This document shows, one piece after another, positions 19,504-28,645 of a stretch of 32,000 nt of DNA; positions within the stretch are counted from its first letter, which is position 1; every line of letters starts with the position of its first letter. The notes under the pieces are model-generated. The model saw only the letters and a list, made by a program, of their open reading frames with translations, did not search any database and was not told the DNA's origin. Both the position numbers and the translations under genes were made by a program. This DNA is from Propionibacterium freudenreichii subsp. freudenreichii. Its GTDB lineage: Bacteria; Actinomycetota; Actinomycetes; Propionibacteriales; Propionibacteriaceae. The stretch is from positions 1,080,001-1,112,000 of the forward strand of contig NZ_CP010341.1 in assembly GCF_000940845.1 (NCBI RefSeq). The letters run 5' to 3'.

Positions 19504-20101
19504 CACCAAGGAGTCGTCACAAGACCCGTCCATTGAGTTCGTCGAGCATCTGGCGGGGGTACCCGATTCGTTGCAGCGGCTGTGGACGCCGTACCGGATG
19601 GCGTACATCGAGGGGGAGAACAAGCCGGCTGATTCGCTGGCCGGCGACGAGTGCCCCTTCTGCCGTGCACCATTGCGTGACGACGAGACCTCGCTCATCG
19701 TGCGTCGCGGACAGACCGCCTATGCCGTGTTGAACCTGTACCCGTACAACCCGGGCCACCTGCTCGTCTGCCCGTACCGGCACATCAGCGGCTACGTCGA
19801 GACCACCGATGCCGAATGTGACGAGATCGCCACGCTCACCAAGCAGGCCATCGCGGTGGTGAAGAAGGTCTCATCGCCGGCCGGCTTCAACATCGGCATG
19901 AACCAGGGCACGGTGGCCGGGGCGGGAATTGCCGCCCACCTGCACCAGCACGTCGTCCCCCGCTGGCAGGGGGACGCGAACTTCCTGCCGATCATTGCCC
20001 GCACCAAGGCAGTGCCCCAGCTGTTGTCGCAGACGCGCACCCTGTTCGCGGACGCCTGGGTGGACCTCTACGGGCCCACGGGGGAGGAACGGCATGCTTG
20101 A
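19496..20101 (+). CDS. HIT family protein (Ap4A phosphorylase-like, Rv2613c type)
   Basis: Carries the histidine triad [11 protein letters not shown] plus [19 protein letters not shown] 19496 overlaps the thrS stop by 8 nt. Confidence 0.85.
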   Translation: MSDTKESSQDPSIEFVEHLAGVPDSLQRLWTPYRMAYIEGENKPADSLAGDECPFCRAPLRDDETSLIVRRGQTAYAVLNLYPYNPGHLLVCPYRHISGYVETTDAECDEIATLTKQAIAVVKKVSSPAGFNIGMNQGTVAGAGIAAHLHQHVVPRWQGDANFLPIIARTKAVPQLLSQTRTLFADAWVDLYGPTGEERHA

Positions 20102-20723
20102 GCACCTGCGCGCCCACTGGACAAAGGTGATGTCGCCACCGGCGAAGCTGCTGCTGCGGCTCCATGTCACTCCTGACATGATCACCTGGACGGGCACCAT
20201 CGGGGTCGTGATCGTCTCCGTGCTGTTCTTCCCCCAGGGGTGGCTGTGGCAGGGCGCGATCCTGCTCGGCTTCCTGGTGGTGTCGGACAGCCTCGACGGG
20301 ATCATGGCCCGCACCAGCGGCCGGTCCAGCGATTGGGGTGCCTTCCTCGACAGCTGCCTTGACCGGATCGCCGATGGCGCGGTCTTCGGGGGCATCGCCC
20401 TGTACTACGTCGGCAAGGACGCGAACACCGTGTGGGCGACCCTGGCGATCGCGGCGCTCATCTTCGGACAGGTGACCAGCTACACCAAGGCGCGGGGTGA
20501 GTCCCTGGGCTACACCGTCAATGGCGGCCTGGCGGGTCGCGCCGATCGGCTGCTGGTCGGGTTGATCGGCGTGCTGTTCACCGGCCTGGGCGTGACGATG
20601 GCCCTTCCGATCTGCCTGGTCATCCTCGCCGTGGCCGGAGCCATCACGGTGGGCCAGCGCATGGTGCTGGTGCACAAGGCCACCACTGCACGCGCCAGGG
20701 CCACAGCGGACGAGGCGCAGTGA
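20094..20723 (+). CDS. pgsA1: CDP-alcohol phosphatidyltransferase; phosphatidylinositol phosphate synthase by synteny
   Basis: Has the motif DSLDGIMARTSGRSSDWGAFLDSCLDRIAD. Its position between the HIT and patA genes matches Rv2612c. The ATG overlaps the HIT stop by 8 nt. Confidence 0.85.
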   Translation: MLEHLRAHWTKVMSPPAKLLLRLHVTPDMITWTGTIGVVIVSVLFFPQGWLWQGAILLGFLVVSDSLDGIMARTSGRSSDWGAFLDSCLDRIADGAVFGGIALYYVGKDANTVWATLAIAALIFGQVTSYTKARGESLGYTVNGGLAGRADRLLVGLIGVLFTGLGVTMALPICLVILAVAGAITVGQRMVLVHKATTARARATADEAQ

Positions 20724-21598
20724 GCCGTCACCACCGGCATTCGAATCTGTTGCCGATGATGCGGATCGGCTCCCACCTCCCGGCGTGGTTCTGGCGTCCG
20801 GTGGGACGGCTGGTCGTGGCCTTCCTGACCACCTTCCCGCCCCGGCACATGCGTCAATGGCAGCTCAACTACGCCGTGATGACCGGTCACCGTCCAAGCT
20901 GGAACACGACGCGACGCGCCTTCGGGCGGTGGGTCGAGAACATGATGTGCTCGCTCCAGCTCGATCACTGGAGCGAGAAGAAGATCCGCTCCCGGGTGAT
21001 CCTGGAGAACCCCGAGGGTTGGGCTGGCGTGCACCGGGCATTCCAGGAGGGTGGCCTGGTCGCGGCCCTACCCCACATGGGCTCATGGGACCTTGTCGGC
21101 GCCTTCGCCTGCCTGGACGGACTGCCGGTCAGCTCGGTCGCCGAGGCGCTGCCCGATGGACAGTTCGAGTACTTCCGATCATTGCGGGAGCGACTGGGCT
21201 TCCGCATCTTCTCCGTGCGCTATCGGGGCGTCTACAACAAGTTGGCCGACGACCTGAACGAGGGTCGGGTGATCTGCCTGGTCGCCGACCGCGACTTCAG
21301 CCGCCGGGGACTGCCGGTGCACTGGGACACCCCCGACGGCCCACGCGACCAGACGATGCCCCCCGGCCCTGCATTGTTGGCCCAACAGGGACACCGTCCG
21401 CTCGTCGGCGTGGTCACGTGGTTCGGTCCGCGCCATCGGCTGCATGTCCTGGTCACCGACCTCATCCACGTCGGATCCGGGGAACAGGAGCTGGTGAGGG
21501 CCTCCCAGCAACTTGCTGACTTCTTCTCTCGCCAGATCTCGGACCATCCGCTTGACTGGCTTATGCTGCAACGATTCTTCAGGGGAGTGACCGCATGA
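20720..21598 (+). CDS. patA: Phosphatidylinositol mannoside acyltransferase (lauroyl/HtrB-type acyltransferase)
   Basis: Has the HX4D motif HMGSWD and sits between pgsA1 and pimA. It starts with a GTGA overlap on the upstream gene. Confidence 0.8.
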   Translation: MSRHHRHSNLLPMMRIGSHLPAWFWRPVGRLVVAFLTTFPPRHMRQWQLNYAVMTGHRPSWNTTRRAFGRWVENMMCSLQLDHWSEKKIRSRVILENPEGWAGVHRAFQEGGLVAALPHMGSWDLVGAFACLDGLPVSSVAEALPDGQFEYFRSLRERLGFRIFSVRYRGVYNKLADDLNEGRVICLVADRDFSRRGLPVHWDTPDGPRDQTMPPGPALLAQQGHRPLVGVVTWFGPRHRLHVLVTDLIHVGSGEQELVRASQQLADFFSRQISDHPLDWLMLQRFFRGVTA

Positions 21599-22740
21599 GA
21601 GTCGGACTGGTATGTCCTTATTCGTTCGCCCGGCCCGGTGGCGTGCAGAACCACGTGCTGGGGCTCGGTGGCTGGCTCAAGGAGCAGGGCCACGATGTGT
21701 CGATCATCGCCCCCGGGCAGGCCAGACGCAGCCTGTTGGCCGAGACGGGGCTGGTGCCCAGCGAGTTCGTCAGCGCCGGGAGGGCGGTGCCGGTAACCTT
21801 CAATGGCTCCGTCGCCCGCATCAACTTCGGCGTGGGCCCGGCGCTGAAGGTGAAGAAGTGGCTCGATCAGGGCAACTTTGATGTCGTGCACCTGCACGAG
21901 CCGATCGCCCCCACCATCTGCCTGCTGGCCCTCTACCTGACCGACCGCCCCGTGACGGCCACCTTCCACACCGCCACCCCGGAGCTCACGGCGATCCGCT
22001 TCGCGAACCGGGTGCTGCCGCGCATGGTGAGCCGCATTGATGCGGCGATCGCCGTGTCCAGCGAGGCCGCCGACGTGGCCCACCACTACTCGGGGGTCAA
22101 TCCGGTGGTGATCGGCAATGGAATCCACCTCGCCGACTATCCCCTGGTGCGCGCGACTTCCCGGTGGCGTGGCGGCGAGCATCCCCTCATCACCTTCCTG
22201 GGACGCTACGACGAACCCCGCAAGGGATTCGAGGTGCTCACTGCGGCACTGCCGCTGGTCCGCGCCACCTATCCGGACCTCGAGGTCGTGGTGATCGGCA
22301 GCGGCACGGCGCGTTCCGTCGAGGGCGTGCGCTTCTTGGGGGGGTTGGACGACGAGGAACGCAATGCCTGGCTCGGCCGCTCCGACATCTACATCGCCCC
22401 CCAGACCGGCCGTGAGAGTTTCGGCATCGTGCTGCTGGAGGCGATGGCCTGTGGTGCCCCGGTGGTGGCTGCCAACCTGAGGGCCTTCCTGGACGTGCTG
22501 ACCGACGATGAGGGCCTGGTGGGCCACACCTTCCGGGTCGGCAATTCCGCCAGTGCCTCGCGGGCCATGCTGCGGAGCCTGTCCGAGCCACGTGACCTGC
22601 GCCTTGAGCGTGGACGCGCCCTGGCCGCCAACTACGACTGGTCAGTGATCGGACCGCAGGTGGTTGCCATGTACACGGTGGCCGGCCAGAACTATGCAAC
22701 CTCACGGGGGATCAAGAATCGCGAGCTGAAGGGACACTGA
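21595..22740 (+). CDS. pimA: GT4 glycosyltransferase; phosphatidylinositol alpha-mannosyltransferase by synteny
   Basis: The N-terminus is MRVGLVCPYSFARPGGVQNHVLGL. The EX7E region reads ESFGIVLLEAMACG. It starts with an ATGA overlap on patA. Confidence 0.85.
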   Translation: MRVGLVCPYSFARPGGVQNHVLGLGGWLKEQGHDVSIIAPGQARRSLLAETGLVPSEFVSAGRAVPVTFNGSVARINFGVGPALKVKKWLDQGNFDVVHLHEPIAPTICLLALYLTDRPVTATFHTATPELTAIRFANRVLPRMVSRIDAAIAVSSEAADVAHHYSGVNPVVIGNGIHLADYPLVRATSRWRGGEHPLITFLGRYDEPRKGFEVLTAALPLVRATYPDLEVVVIGSGTARSVEGVRFLGGLDDEERNAWLGRSDIYIAPQTGRESFGIVLLEAMACGAPVVAANLRAFLDVLTDDEGLVGHTFRVGNSASASRAMLRSLSEPRDLRLERGRALAANYDWSVIGPQVVAMYTVAGQNYATSRGIKNRELKGH

Positions 22741-22779
22741 GGCGGCGGGACCGTCCGGACGATGCCCTAGGCTTGGCGC

Positions 22780-23457
22780 GTGTCGGATTCACATGTCGCC
22801 AAGGGCGGAGCGCCCGCTGCAGAGCCCGGCCGCACAGTGCCGGATACGGTCTACGACACCGATGCGGTCTTCACGATCCCCAATGTGCTGAGCTTCCTGA
22901 GGTTGATCGGCGTCCCCTTCTTCTTGGTGCTGATCCTGACCCACCACGATGTCTCGGCGGTCGTCCTGCTGGCCGCCGCCAGCGCGACGGACTGGCTCGA
23001 CGGCCAGCTGGCCCGCCGCCTGCGTCAGGTGAGTCGGTTGGGCCAGATGCTCGATCCCGCCGCCGACCGCCTCTATATCGCCGCCACACTGGTCGGATTG
23101 GCCGTGCGCGGCATCATCCCGGTGTGGCTGCTGGTGATCCTGCTGGCACGTGACGTCATGATGGTCTTCCTCGTCCCCCTGCTGCGCACACGTGGCTACA
23201 CTTCCCTGCCGGTGAACTTCGTCGGCAAGGCGGCAACCTTCTGCCTGCTCTACGCGCTTCCACTCGTGCTTCTGGGGGCCGGACCCTGGTTCTTCTCGCC
23301 GGTGGCGCGGGTCATCGGCTGGGCCTTCGCCCTGTGGGGGGCCTTCCTCTACTGGTGGGCCGGCATCCTCTACGTGGAGCAGACCCGCCTGCTGTTGGTG
23401 AGTCGACCCTCCCTCACCACCGCGCATGCCCGCAGCTCGTCGGGCGAACGGCCGTGA
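22780..23457 (+). CDS. pgsA2: CDP-alcohol phosphatidyltransferase (PgsA2/Rv1822-like, cardiolipin or PGP synthase type)
   Basis: Has the motif DWLDGQLARRLRQVSRLGQMLDPAADRL and multiple TM segments. GTG start at 22780. Confidence 0.8.
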   Translation: MSDSHVAKGGAPAAEPGRTVPDTVYDTDAVFTIPNVLSFLRLIGVPFFLVLILTHHDVSAVVLLAAASATDWLDGQLARRLRQVSRLGQMLDPAADRLYIAATLVGLAVRGIIPVWLLVILLARDVMMVFLVPLLRTRGYTSLPVNFVGKAATFCLLYALPLVLLGAGPWFFSPVARVIGWAFALWGAFLYWWAGILYVEQTRLLLVSRPSLTTAHARSSSGERP

Positions 23458-24305
23458 GGAGTTCCCACCGCCCCACCGGCCACCGTCCGGGGCGCGTCGA
23501 TGCGTCCATGGACCTCATCGATCAGATCACCTCCACGGCCCTCAACCCCGAGTATGCGCGCGACGCGCAGCGTCGGGCCGCAGCCGGCGGTACGGGGCGG
23601 ACGACCAGTGCAAGGGTCTCGCGGGGCGCCGGCCACGTGGTGACGATCCTCATCTGCGCGTTCGTCGGTGTCGTGCTGGCCGCCGCCGGCATCACCACCG
23701 CCAACGCGGCCCACGAGGCCTCCCACGAGAGGCAGGCGCTGATCGACGCCATCGGCGCAGCCGAATCGCGCAATGCGGACCAGCGGGGCCAGCTCACGCA
23801 GATCCGCGATGACGTCGCGGGGCTGCAGCGTCGGGCCCTGGCCGACCAGCCCGAGATGCTGGACCGACTGAATGCGTTGCAGCTCGCCGTGGGCGACACC
23901 AATGTGCGCGGCCCGGGCATGACCATCTCCCTGACCGACGGACCGGCAGACGACGAGGATGCGCAGGTGGTGGACGAGGACCTGCGGATCATCGTGAACG
24001 GCTTGTGGCAGTCGGGGGCGGAGGCGGTGAGCATCAACGGGCACCGGATCACCGCCCGGACCGCCATCCACGACGCCGGCTCGGCCATCACCGTGGACTA
24101 CCGTTCGGTGAGCTCGCCCTACACGATCGAGGCGATCGGTGATTCCCACGCCATGACCGGTGCCTTCGCGTCGACGCCGGCCAGTTCCTGGCTGGCCTAT
24201 CTGAGGGACAACCACCAGATCCGCTACACCACGAACATCTCCTCGACCCTCCAGCTGGAGGGTGATCCCGAGGGATCTGCCGACCAACTCCAGCGTCGTC
24301 CCTGA
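23454..24305 (+). CDS. DUF881 domain membrane protein
   Basis: One TM segment, a coiled-coil region, then GPGMTISLTD...DEDLRIIVNGLWQSGAEAVSINGHRI...YTIEAIGD, typical of DUF881. The start is GTG 23454 (GTGA overlap) or ATG 23508. Confidence 0.8.
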   Translation: MRSSHRPTGHRPGRVDASMDLIDQITSTALNPEYARDAQRRAAAGGTGRTTSARVSRGAGHVVTILICAFVGVVLAAAGITTANAAHEASHERQALIDAIGAAESRNADQRGQLTQIRDDVAGLQRRALADQPEMLDRLNALQLAVGDTNVRGPGMTISLTDGPADDEDAQVVDEDLRIIVNGLWQSGAEAVSINGHRITARTAIHDAGSAITVDYRSVSSPYTIEAIGDSHAMTGAFASTPASSWLAYLRDNHQIRYTTNISSTLQLEGDPEGSADQLQRRP

Positions 24306-24332
24306 CCATCCACCCCTGACGGAAGGACCTGA

Positions 24333-24665
24333 ATGCTCGCGATCATCGGCCTGGTGATCGGCATCATCGTGGGACTGTTCATCACCCCCAATGTGCCGGT
24401 CGGCCTCCAGCCCTATCTGCCCATCATGATCGTTGCCGCCCTTGACGCCCTGTTCGGGGGAGTCCTGGCCTGGCTCAAGGGAACGTTCAGTGACCGTGTC
24501 TTCGTCGTGTCTTTCGTCTCCAATGTGGCCGTGGCCGCCCTGCTGGTGTGGGTCGGTGACCTGATCGGCGTCGGCTCCCAGCTGTCCACCGCCGTGATCG
24601 TGGTGCTGGGCATCCGCATCTTCACCAATGTGGCCGGAATCCGCCGCGAGGTGCTCCATGCCTAG
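24333..24665 (+). CDS. sbp: Small basic protein Sbp (DUF1290)
   Basis: 110-aa membrane protein beginning MLAIIGLVIGIIVGLF...PYLPIMIVAALDALFGG. It lies between two DUF881 genes, as with Rv1824. Confidence 0.8.
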   Translation: MLAIIGLVIGIIVGLFITPNVPVGLQPYLPIMIVAALDALFGGVLAWLKGTFSDRVFVVSFVSNVAVAALLVWVGDLIGVGSQLSTAVIVVLGIRIFTNVAGIRREVLHA

Positions 24666-25392
24666 TCATGCGGTGCGGGAGACGCGGGCGAACAAGTTGC
24701 GCCGGTTCCTGCGGCCCACCGTTGCCCAGGGCGTGCTCGGTATCGCGTTCTGCCTCGTGGCCGCCGTCGGCGTGGTGCAGATCCGCTCCACTGCCACCGT
24801 CGATCCCTATTCGTCCATGCGACGTGCGGACCTCGTGCAGATGCTGGCCGGCCTCAACGCCGAGTCGGGACGACTCGACGAGCAAATCAACCAGCTCAAG
24901 GGCACCCGCGATGACCTGCGCAGCGGCGTGGACTCCTCGAATGTGGCCGCCGACCAGGCGTCCCAACGGCTCAGCCAGTTGGAGCTACTGGCCGGCACGG
25001 TGCCCGCCCAGGGACCCGGAATCCGGATCACCATCAGTGCCCCGGCGGGGAAGGTCACCGCGAACGCGATGCTCGACAACATCGAGGAGTTGCGTGATGC
25101 GGGGGCAGAGGCCATCGAGATCAATGACAGCCTGCGGGTGGTCGCCTCCACCTGGTTCGCCGATGGTGACAATGTCCTCATCGCGAACGGCCAGCAGCTG
25201 AGCCTGCCCCTGACGGTCGACGTCATCGGGGAACCCCATGAACTGGCCGAGGCCTCGCGGTTCCGTGGCGGGCTGGTGAGCCAGATGGAGTCGCAGAAGG
25301 TGGGGGGCTCGGTGAAGATCGACACCCCCGCACAGGTCGAGATCGACTCCACGGCGACCGTCACGACGCCCCGTTGGGCCAAGCCCGCCTGA
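24658..25392 (+). CDS. DUF881 domain membrane protein (second paralogue)
   Basis: Contains GPGIRITISAP...LDNIEELRDAGAEAIEINDSLRV...LTVDVIGEP. ATG 24658 overlaps the sbp stop by 8 nt. Confidence 0.8.
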   Translation: MPSHAVRETRANKLRRFLRPTVAQGVLGIAFCLVAAVGVVQIRSTATVDPYSSMRRADLVQMLAGLNAESGRLDEQINQLKGTRDDLRSGVDSSNVAADQASQRLSQLELLAGTVPAQGPGIRITISAPAGKVTANAMLDNIEELRDAGAEAIEINDSLRVVASTWFADGDNVLIANGQQLSLPLTVDVIGEPHELAEASRFRGGLVSQMESQKVGGSVKIDTPAQVEIDSTATVTTPRWAKPA

Positions 25393-25503
25393 GCCCGGTC
25401 CGGTAGGGGTGAAAGCCGCCCGGCGGTGGCACAGCGTGCCGACCGAATGAGAGACTGAGGAAAACTGGGGGAAAGCACCCAGCCGAGTGGAAAGGTAGCC
25501 GTC

Positions 25504-25887
25504 ATGGAATTCCCGTCCCAGCTGCAGTACAGCAGCGAGCACGAGTGGGTCCGCCAGGGGGATGGCGCAACGGTGCGCGTCGGCATCACCGAGTTCGCCA
25601 CCGAGTCGATGGGTGACGTCGTGTATGCCTCACTGCCCACGGTGGGTAGTCCCGTCACGGCGGGTGATTCATGTGGGGAATTGGAGTCGACGAAGTCGGT
25701 TTCCGATATCTATTCCCCGGTCACGGGCCTGGTCAGCGCGGTCAACGATGCCGTGGCCAGTGCCCCCGAGGTGATCAATGCCTCCCCCTATGACGAGGGC
25801 TGGCTCTTCGAGGTCGAGCTGGGTGAGGACTCCGGCCTCGACAAGCTGATGGACGCAGACGCCTACGCGGCCGTCGCTGGAGAGTGA
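25504..25887 (+). CDS. gcvH: Glycine cleavage system H protein
   Basis: Begins YSSEHEWVRQ...VRVGITEFA and has the lipoyl-lysine motif GELESTKSVSDIYSPVTG. Confidence 0.95.
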   Translation: MEFPSQLQYSSEHEWVRQGDGATVRVGITEFATESMGDVVYASLPTVGSPVTAGDSCGELESTKSVSDIYSPVTGLVSAVNDAVASAPEVINASPYDEGWLFEVELGEDSGLDKLMDADAYAAVAGE

Positions 25888-25926
25888 CGAGCCCTTCCGG
25901 GGTGGTCACTAAAGTGGATGTACTGC

Positions 25927-25953
25927 CCGGGTCCCACTTCCGGTGGGGCCCGG
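25927..25953 (+). terminator. Hairpin downstream of gcvH
   Basis: CCGGGTCCCAC-TTCCG-GTGGGGCCCGG forms an 11-bp stem with one G-U pair, 40 nt after the stop codon. Confidence 0.45.
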
Positions 25954-26052
25954 TCGGCGCACGGGGCGGCCGGCCAATGGATGTCGGTCAAACACGACGG
26001 CGGTCGGTCCCGGTAGGGTCCGTGAAATGAGCCTGAGGAAAGAGTTCGCATC

Positions 26053-26541
26053 ATGATGATTTGCGGTAAGTGCGGGCATGAGAACCCCGACGGGAGCAAT
26101 TTCTGCTCACAGTGCGGTTCGCGACTCGGTAGCCCCTCGGATGCCACCTCGGTGATTCCCATCGTCGAGGAGGACGTTCCACACGCGGAGATCTCCGCCG
26201 AGGACACGGCTGCGGTCAGCGCATTGCCCGAGGGAAATGCCCTCCTCATCGTGACGCGTGGCCCCGATGTGGGTGCCCGCTATCTTCTGGACCAGCCGCA
26301 GACAACGGCAGGACGCAGCCCGGACTGCGACATCTTTCTGGACGACATCACCGTGTCGCGTCACCATGCCAAGTTCACGATGCAGGACGGGCAGATGACG
26401 ATCACCGACCTGGGGAGCCTCAATGGCACCTATGTGAATCGCACCCTGGTCGATGGTTCCGCAGTCCTGAGGCCGGGGGAAGAAGTTCAGATCGGCAAGT
26501 TCCGGATGGTCTTCTTCGTAAGTGAGCACGGACTGCACTGA
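26053..26541 (+). CDS. garA: FHA-domain regulator, GarA/OdhI orthologue, with an N-terminal zinc-ribbon
   Basis: The FHA core is LLIVTRGPDVGARYLLDQPQTTAGRSPDCDIFLDDITVSRHHAKF...GSLNGTYVNR...VQIGKFRMVF, close to M. tuberculosis GarA as I recall it. The N-terminus has CGKCG...CSQCG. It sits after gcvH, as Rv1827 does. Confidence 0.85.
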   Translation: MMICGKCGHENPDGSNFCSQCGSRLGSPSDATSVIPIVEEDVPHAEISAEDTAAVSALPEGNALLIVTRGPDVGARYLLDQPQTTAGRSPDCDIFLDDITVSRHHAKFTMQDGQMTITDLGSLNGTYVNRTLVDGSAVLRPGEEVQIGKFRMVFFVSEHGLH

Positions 26542-27275
26542 TGGCCCAGGCGCCGCTGCGCAGCATCGGTCAGGTGCTCAACATCCTCAAGGCGGAGTTT
26601 CCGGATGTCACGATCTCGAAGATCCGCTTTCTTGAGGGTGAGGGGCTCGTCTCACCGGAGCGCGCCCCCTCCGGCTACCGGAAATACTCAGAGTCCGACA
26701 TCGAGCGGCTGCGCTACATCCTCAGGGTGCAGCGTGACCAATATCTCCCGCTGAAGGTCATCCGCGAGAACCTTGAGCTGATGGATGCCGGCAAGGAGCC
26801 CCCGAAGGCGAACGACCCGCGTCCGGCAGCCAGCGCCGGCGAGTCGGCTCCCGACCCGCAACCCGCGGCAACCCATACGGTGCAGGCCGCTCCCGGCGAC
26901 CAGATGGTCGGCCAGCGCGGCTCACATCCCATCAAGCTGACGCGTCGCGAACTCATCAAGGCCTCCGGCGTGCCCGAGGCCATGCTGATCGAGCTGGAAC
27001 GTCAACGGATGGTCGTCACACGTCGCAATTCGATCTACTACGGGCGTGAGGCCCTGGTGTTGTGCGTCGTTGCCCGCAAGTTGCAGGCCTACGGCATGGA
27101 CACACGGCACCTGCGGGCCATCAAGCAGGTTGCCGAGCGCGAGGCCGGCATGATCGAGCAGGGGGCGCAGCCCTTTCTGCGCAATGATCCCGAGGCCGGG
27201 CACACGATCAACGAGCTCGCGCAGCTCGTCCTGGCCGCCCATACCGCCCTCATGCACGTCGTCCTGGAGCGTTGA
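26541..27275 (+). CDS. MerR family transcriptional regulator (Rv1828 / C. glutamicum FtsR-like)
   Basis: The N-terminal MerR HTH reads SIGQVLNILKAEFPDVTISKIRFLEGEGLVSPERAPSGYRKYSESDIERLRYIL. The ATG shares one nt with the garA stop (TGATG). Confidence 0.8.
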   Translation: MAQAPLRSIGQVLNILKAEFPDVTISKIRFLEGEGLVSPERAPSGYRKYSESDIERLRYILRVQRDQYLPLKVIRENLELMDAGKEPPKANDPRPAASAGESAPDPQPAATHTVQAAPGDQMVGQRGSHPIKLTRRELIKASGVPEAMLIELERQRMVVTRRNSIYYGREALVLCVVARKLQAYGMDTRHLRAIKQVAEREAGMIEQGAQPFLRNDPEAGHTINELAQLVLAAHTALMHVVLER

Positions 27276-27276
27276 C

Positions 27277-27738
27277 ATGGCAGAAGTTGAAGTCGTCGGA
27301 ATCCGAGTGCTCGAGGACAACGACCAACCGGTCATGGTGCTGCGGGTGGTTGGTTCCACCCGCTACCTGCCGGTGTGGGTTGACACGGTGTCGGCTGCGG
27401 CACTGATGTCGGTGGTGGGCGGTGAACTGGAGGGGCCCGCCCTGACCTTTGACCTGTTCTCGAAGCTGCTCTCACGGTTGGGCGACCCGGCGCTGTCCGG
27501 GCGCATCACGGGCTGGGATGACGGCGTGTACAGCGCCGAGCTGGTCGTGGACGGCGAACCGATCGCGGCCCGGGTGTCCGACATCGCGGCCCTGGCATTC
27601 GTCAGGGGGTTCACGATCACCTGCCCCGATGAGCTGGTGGCTCAACTGGGCGTTGAGGCTTTCGAGGAGGACAAGGACGTCGTCGAGGAATTCAAGAGCT
27701 TCCTGGACCACGTCGATCCGGACGATTTTGAGAAGTGA
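27277..27738 (+). CDS. Bifunctional nuclease family protein (DUF151, Rv1829-like)
   Basis: The stretch MAEVEVVGIRVLEDNDQPVMVLRVVGSTRYLPVWVDTVSAAAL...YSAELVV is typical of DUF151. The start is ATG 27277, 1 nt after the MerR stop. Confidence 0.8.
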   Translation: MAEVEVVGIRVLEDNDQPVMVLRVVGSTRYLPVWVDTVSAAALMSVVGGELEGPALTFDLFSKLLSRLGDPALSGRITGWDDGVYSAELVVDGEPIAARVSDIAALAFVRGFTITCPDELVAQLGVEAFEEDKDVVEEFKSFLDHVDPDDFEK

Positions 27739-27918
27739 AATCCCTAGTCACACCGCAATTGGTGGTGGTGACTGGCCCACCGGCCGCGGCCGGGGACACG
27801 CACGGTCCACAGTGCGCCTCGACGCCACGCGGCCGATGTCGTTGCATCCGATGGGGCTGGGAGCTTACCGTCTGAGATGCACCGCGAAGGTGTCCCAGGT
27901 CTGACGAAAGAGGCGATC

Positions 27919-28494
27919 GTGACCAACCCAGTCCCCGAGGGTACGTCGGCGCGGGACAGTGCCCAATCGGCTCTTTTCGAGGGTGATTTCGGGCGGATCC
28001 CCGAGGACGCAGGCTTTCGCGGTCCGGTTGCATGCTCGGTCACCGGCATCAGCTATCGCCAACTCGACTACTGGGCACGCACGGGCCTGGTCGTGCCCGG
28101 CATCCGTGCGGCCGGCGGATCGGGAACCCAACGCCTGTATTCATTCCACGACATCCTCCTGCTGAAGGTCGTCAAGAGCCTGCTTGATGCGGGCATCTCG
28201 CTGCAACAGATCCGTCAGGCGATCAACCACCTGCGCGAACGCGGGGACAACGACATGTCGGGCATCACGCTGATGAGCGACGGGGTCTCGGTCTACGAGT
28301 GCACGTCGGAGGACGAGGTCTACGACCTGCTGCGCGGGGGACAGGGCATGTTCGCCATCGCCTTGGACGGCGTGGTGCGGGATATCGAGGGGACCCTCAT
28401 CGAATTGCCCAGCGAGCACGTCAACGATGAGGCGCCCCTGGCCCGGGGCGATGACGAGTTGTCGCTGGCGCGGCGCCGTCGTCGCACCAGCTGA
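27919..28494 (+). CDS. MerR family transcriptional regulator (Rv1830-like)
   Basis: The HTH reads ACSVTGISYRQLDYWARTGLVVPGIRAAGGSGTQRLYSFHDILLLKVV. The start is set at GTG 27919 with AAGAGG upstream; the track start is ATG 27877. Confidence 0.75.
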   Translation: MTNPVPEGTSARDSAQSALFEGDFGRIPEDAGFRGPVACSVTGISYRQLDYWARTGLVVPGIRAAGGSGTQRLYSFHDILLLKVVKSLLDAGISLQQIRQAINHLRERGDNDMSGITLMSDGVSVYECTSEDEVYDLLRGGQGMFAIALDGVVRDIEGTLIELPSEHVNDEAPLARGDDELSLARRRRRTS

Positions 28495-28645
28495 GCCAGC
28501 AGATCCCGACGAGCCGGTCCCAACCAAGTGGCGCAACGCCGGCCCGGTTCGGGATGGCGCGGCCCTGTCAACGATGGTGCCGTGATCGCCCACGGCGTGT
28601 TCCCGCGGCCCTGTCCCGTATGGTCCATCGCCTAGACTTCATGCC

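Noticed and set aside
25393-25503. Glycine riboswitch upstream of gcvH
   Set aside because: CUGAGGAAAACUGG and CCGACCGAAUGAGAG only vaguely resemble the CUCAGGC and CACCGAAGG elements. No GGAGAG element and no consistent P1/P3 helices were found.
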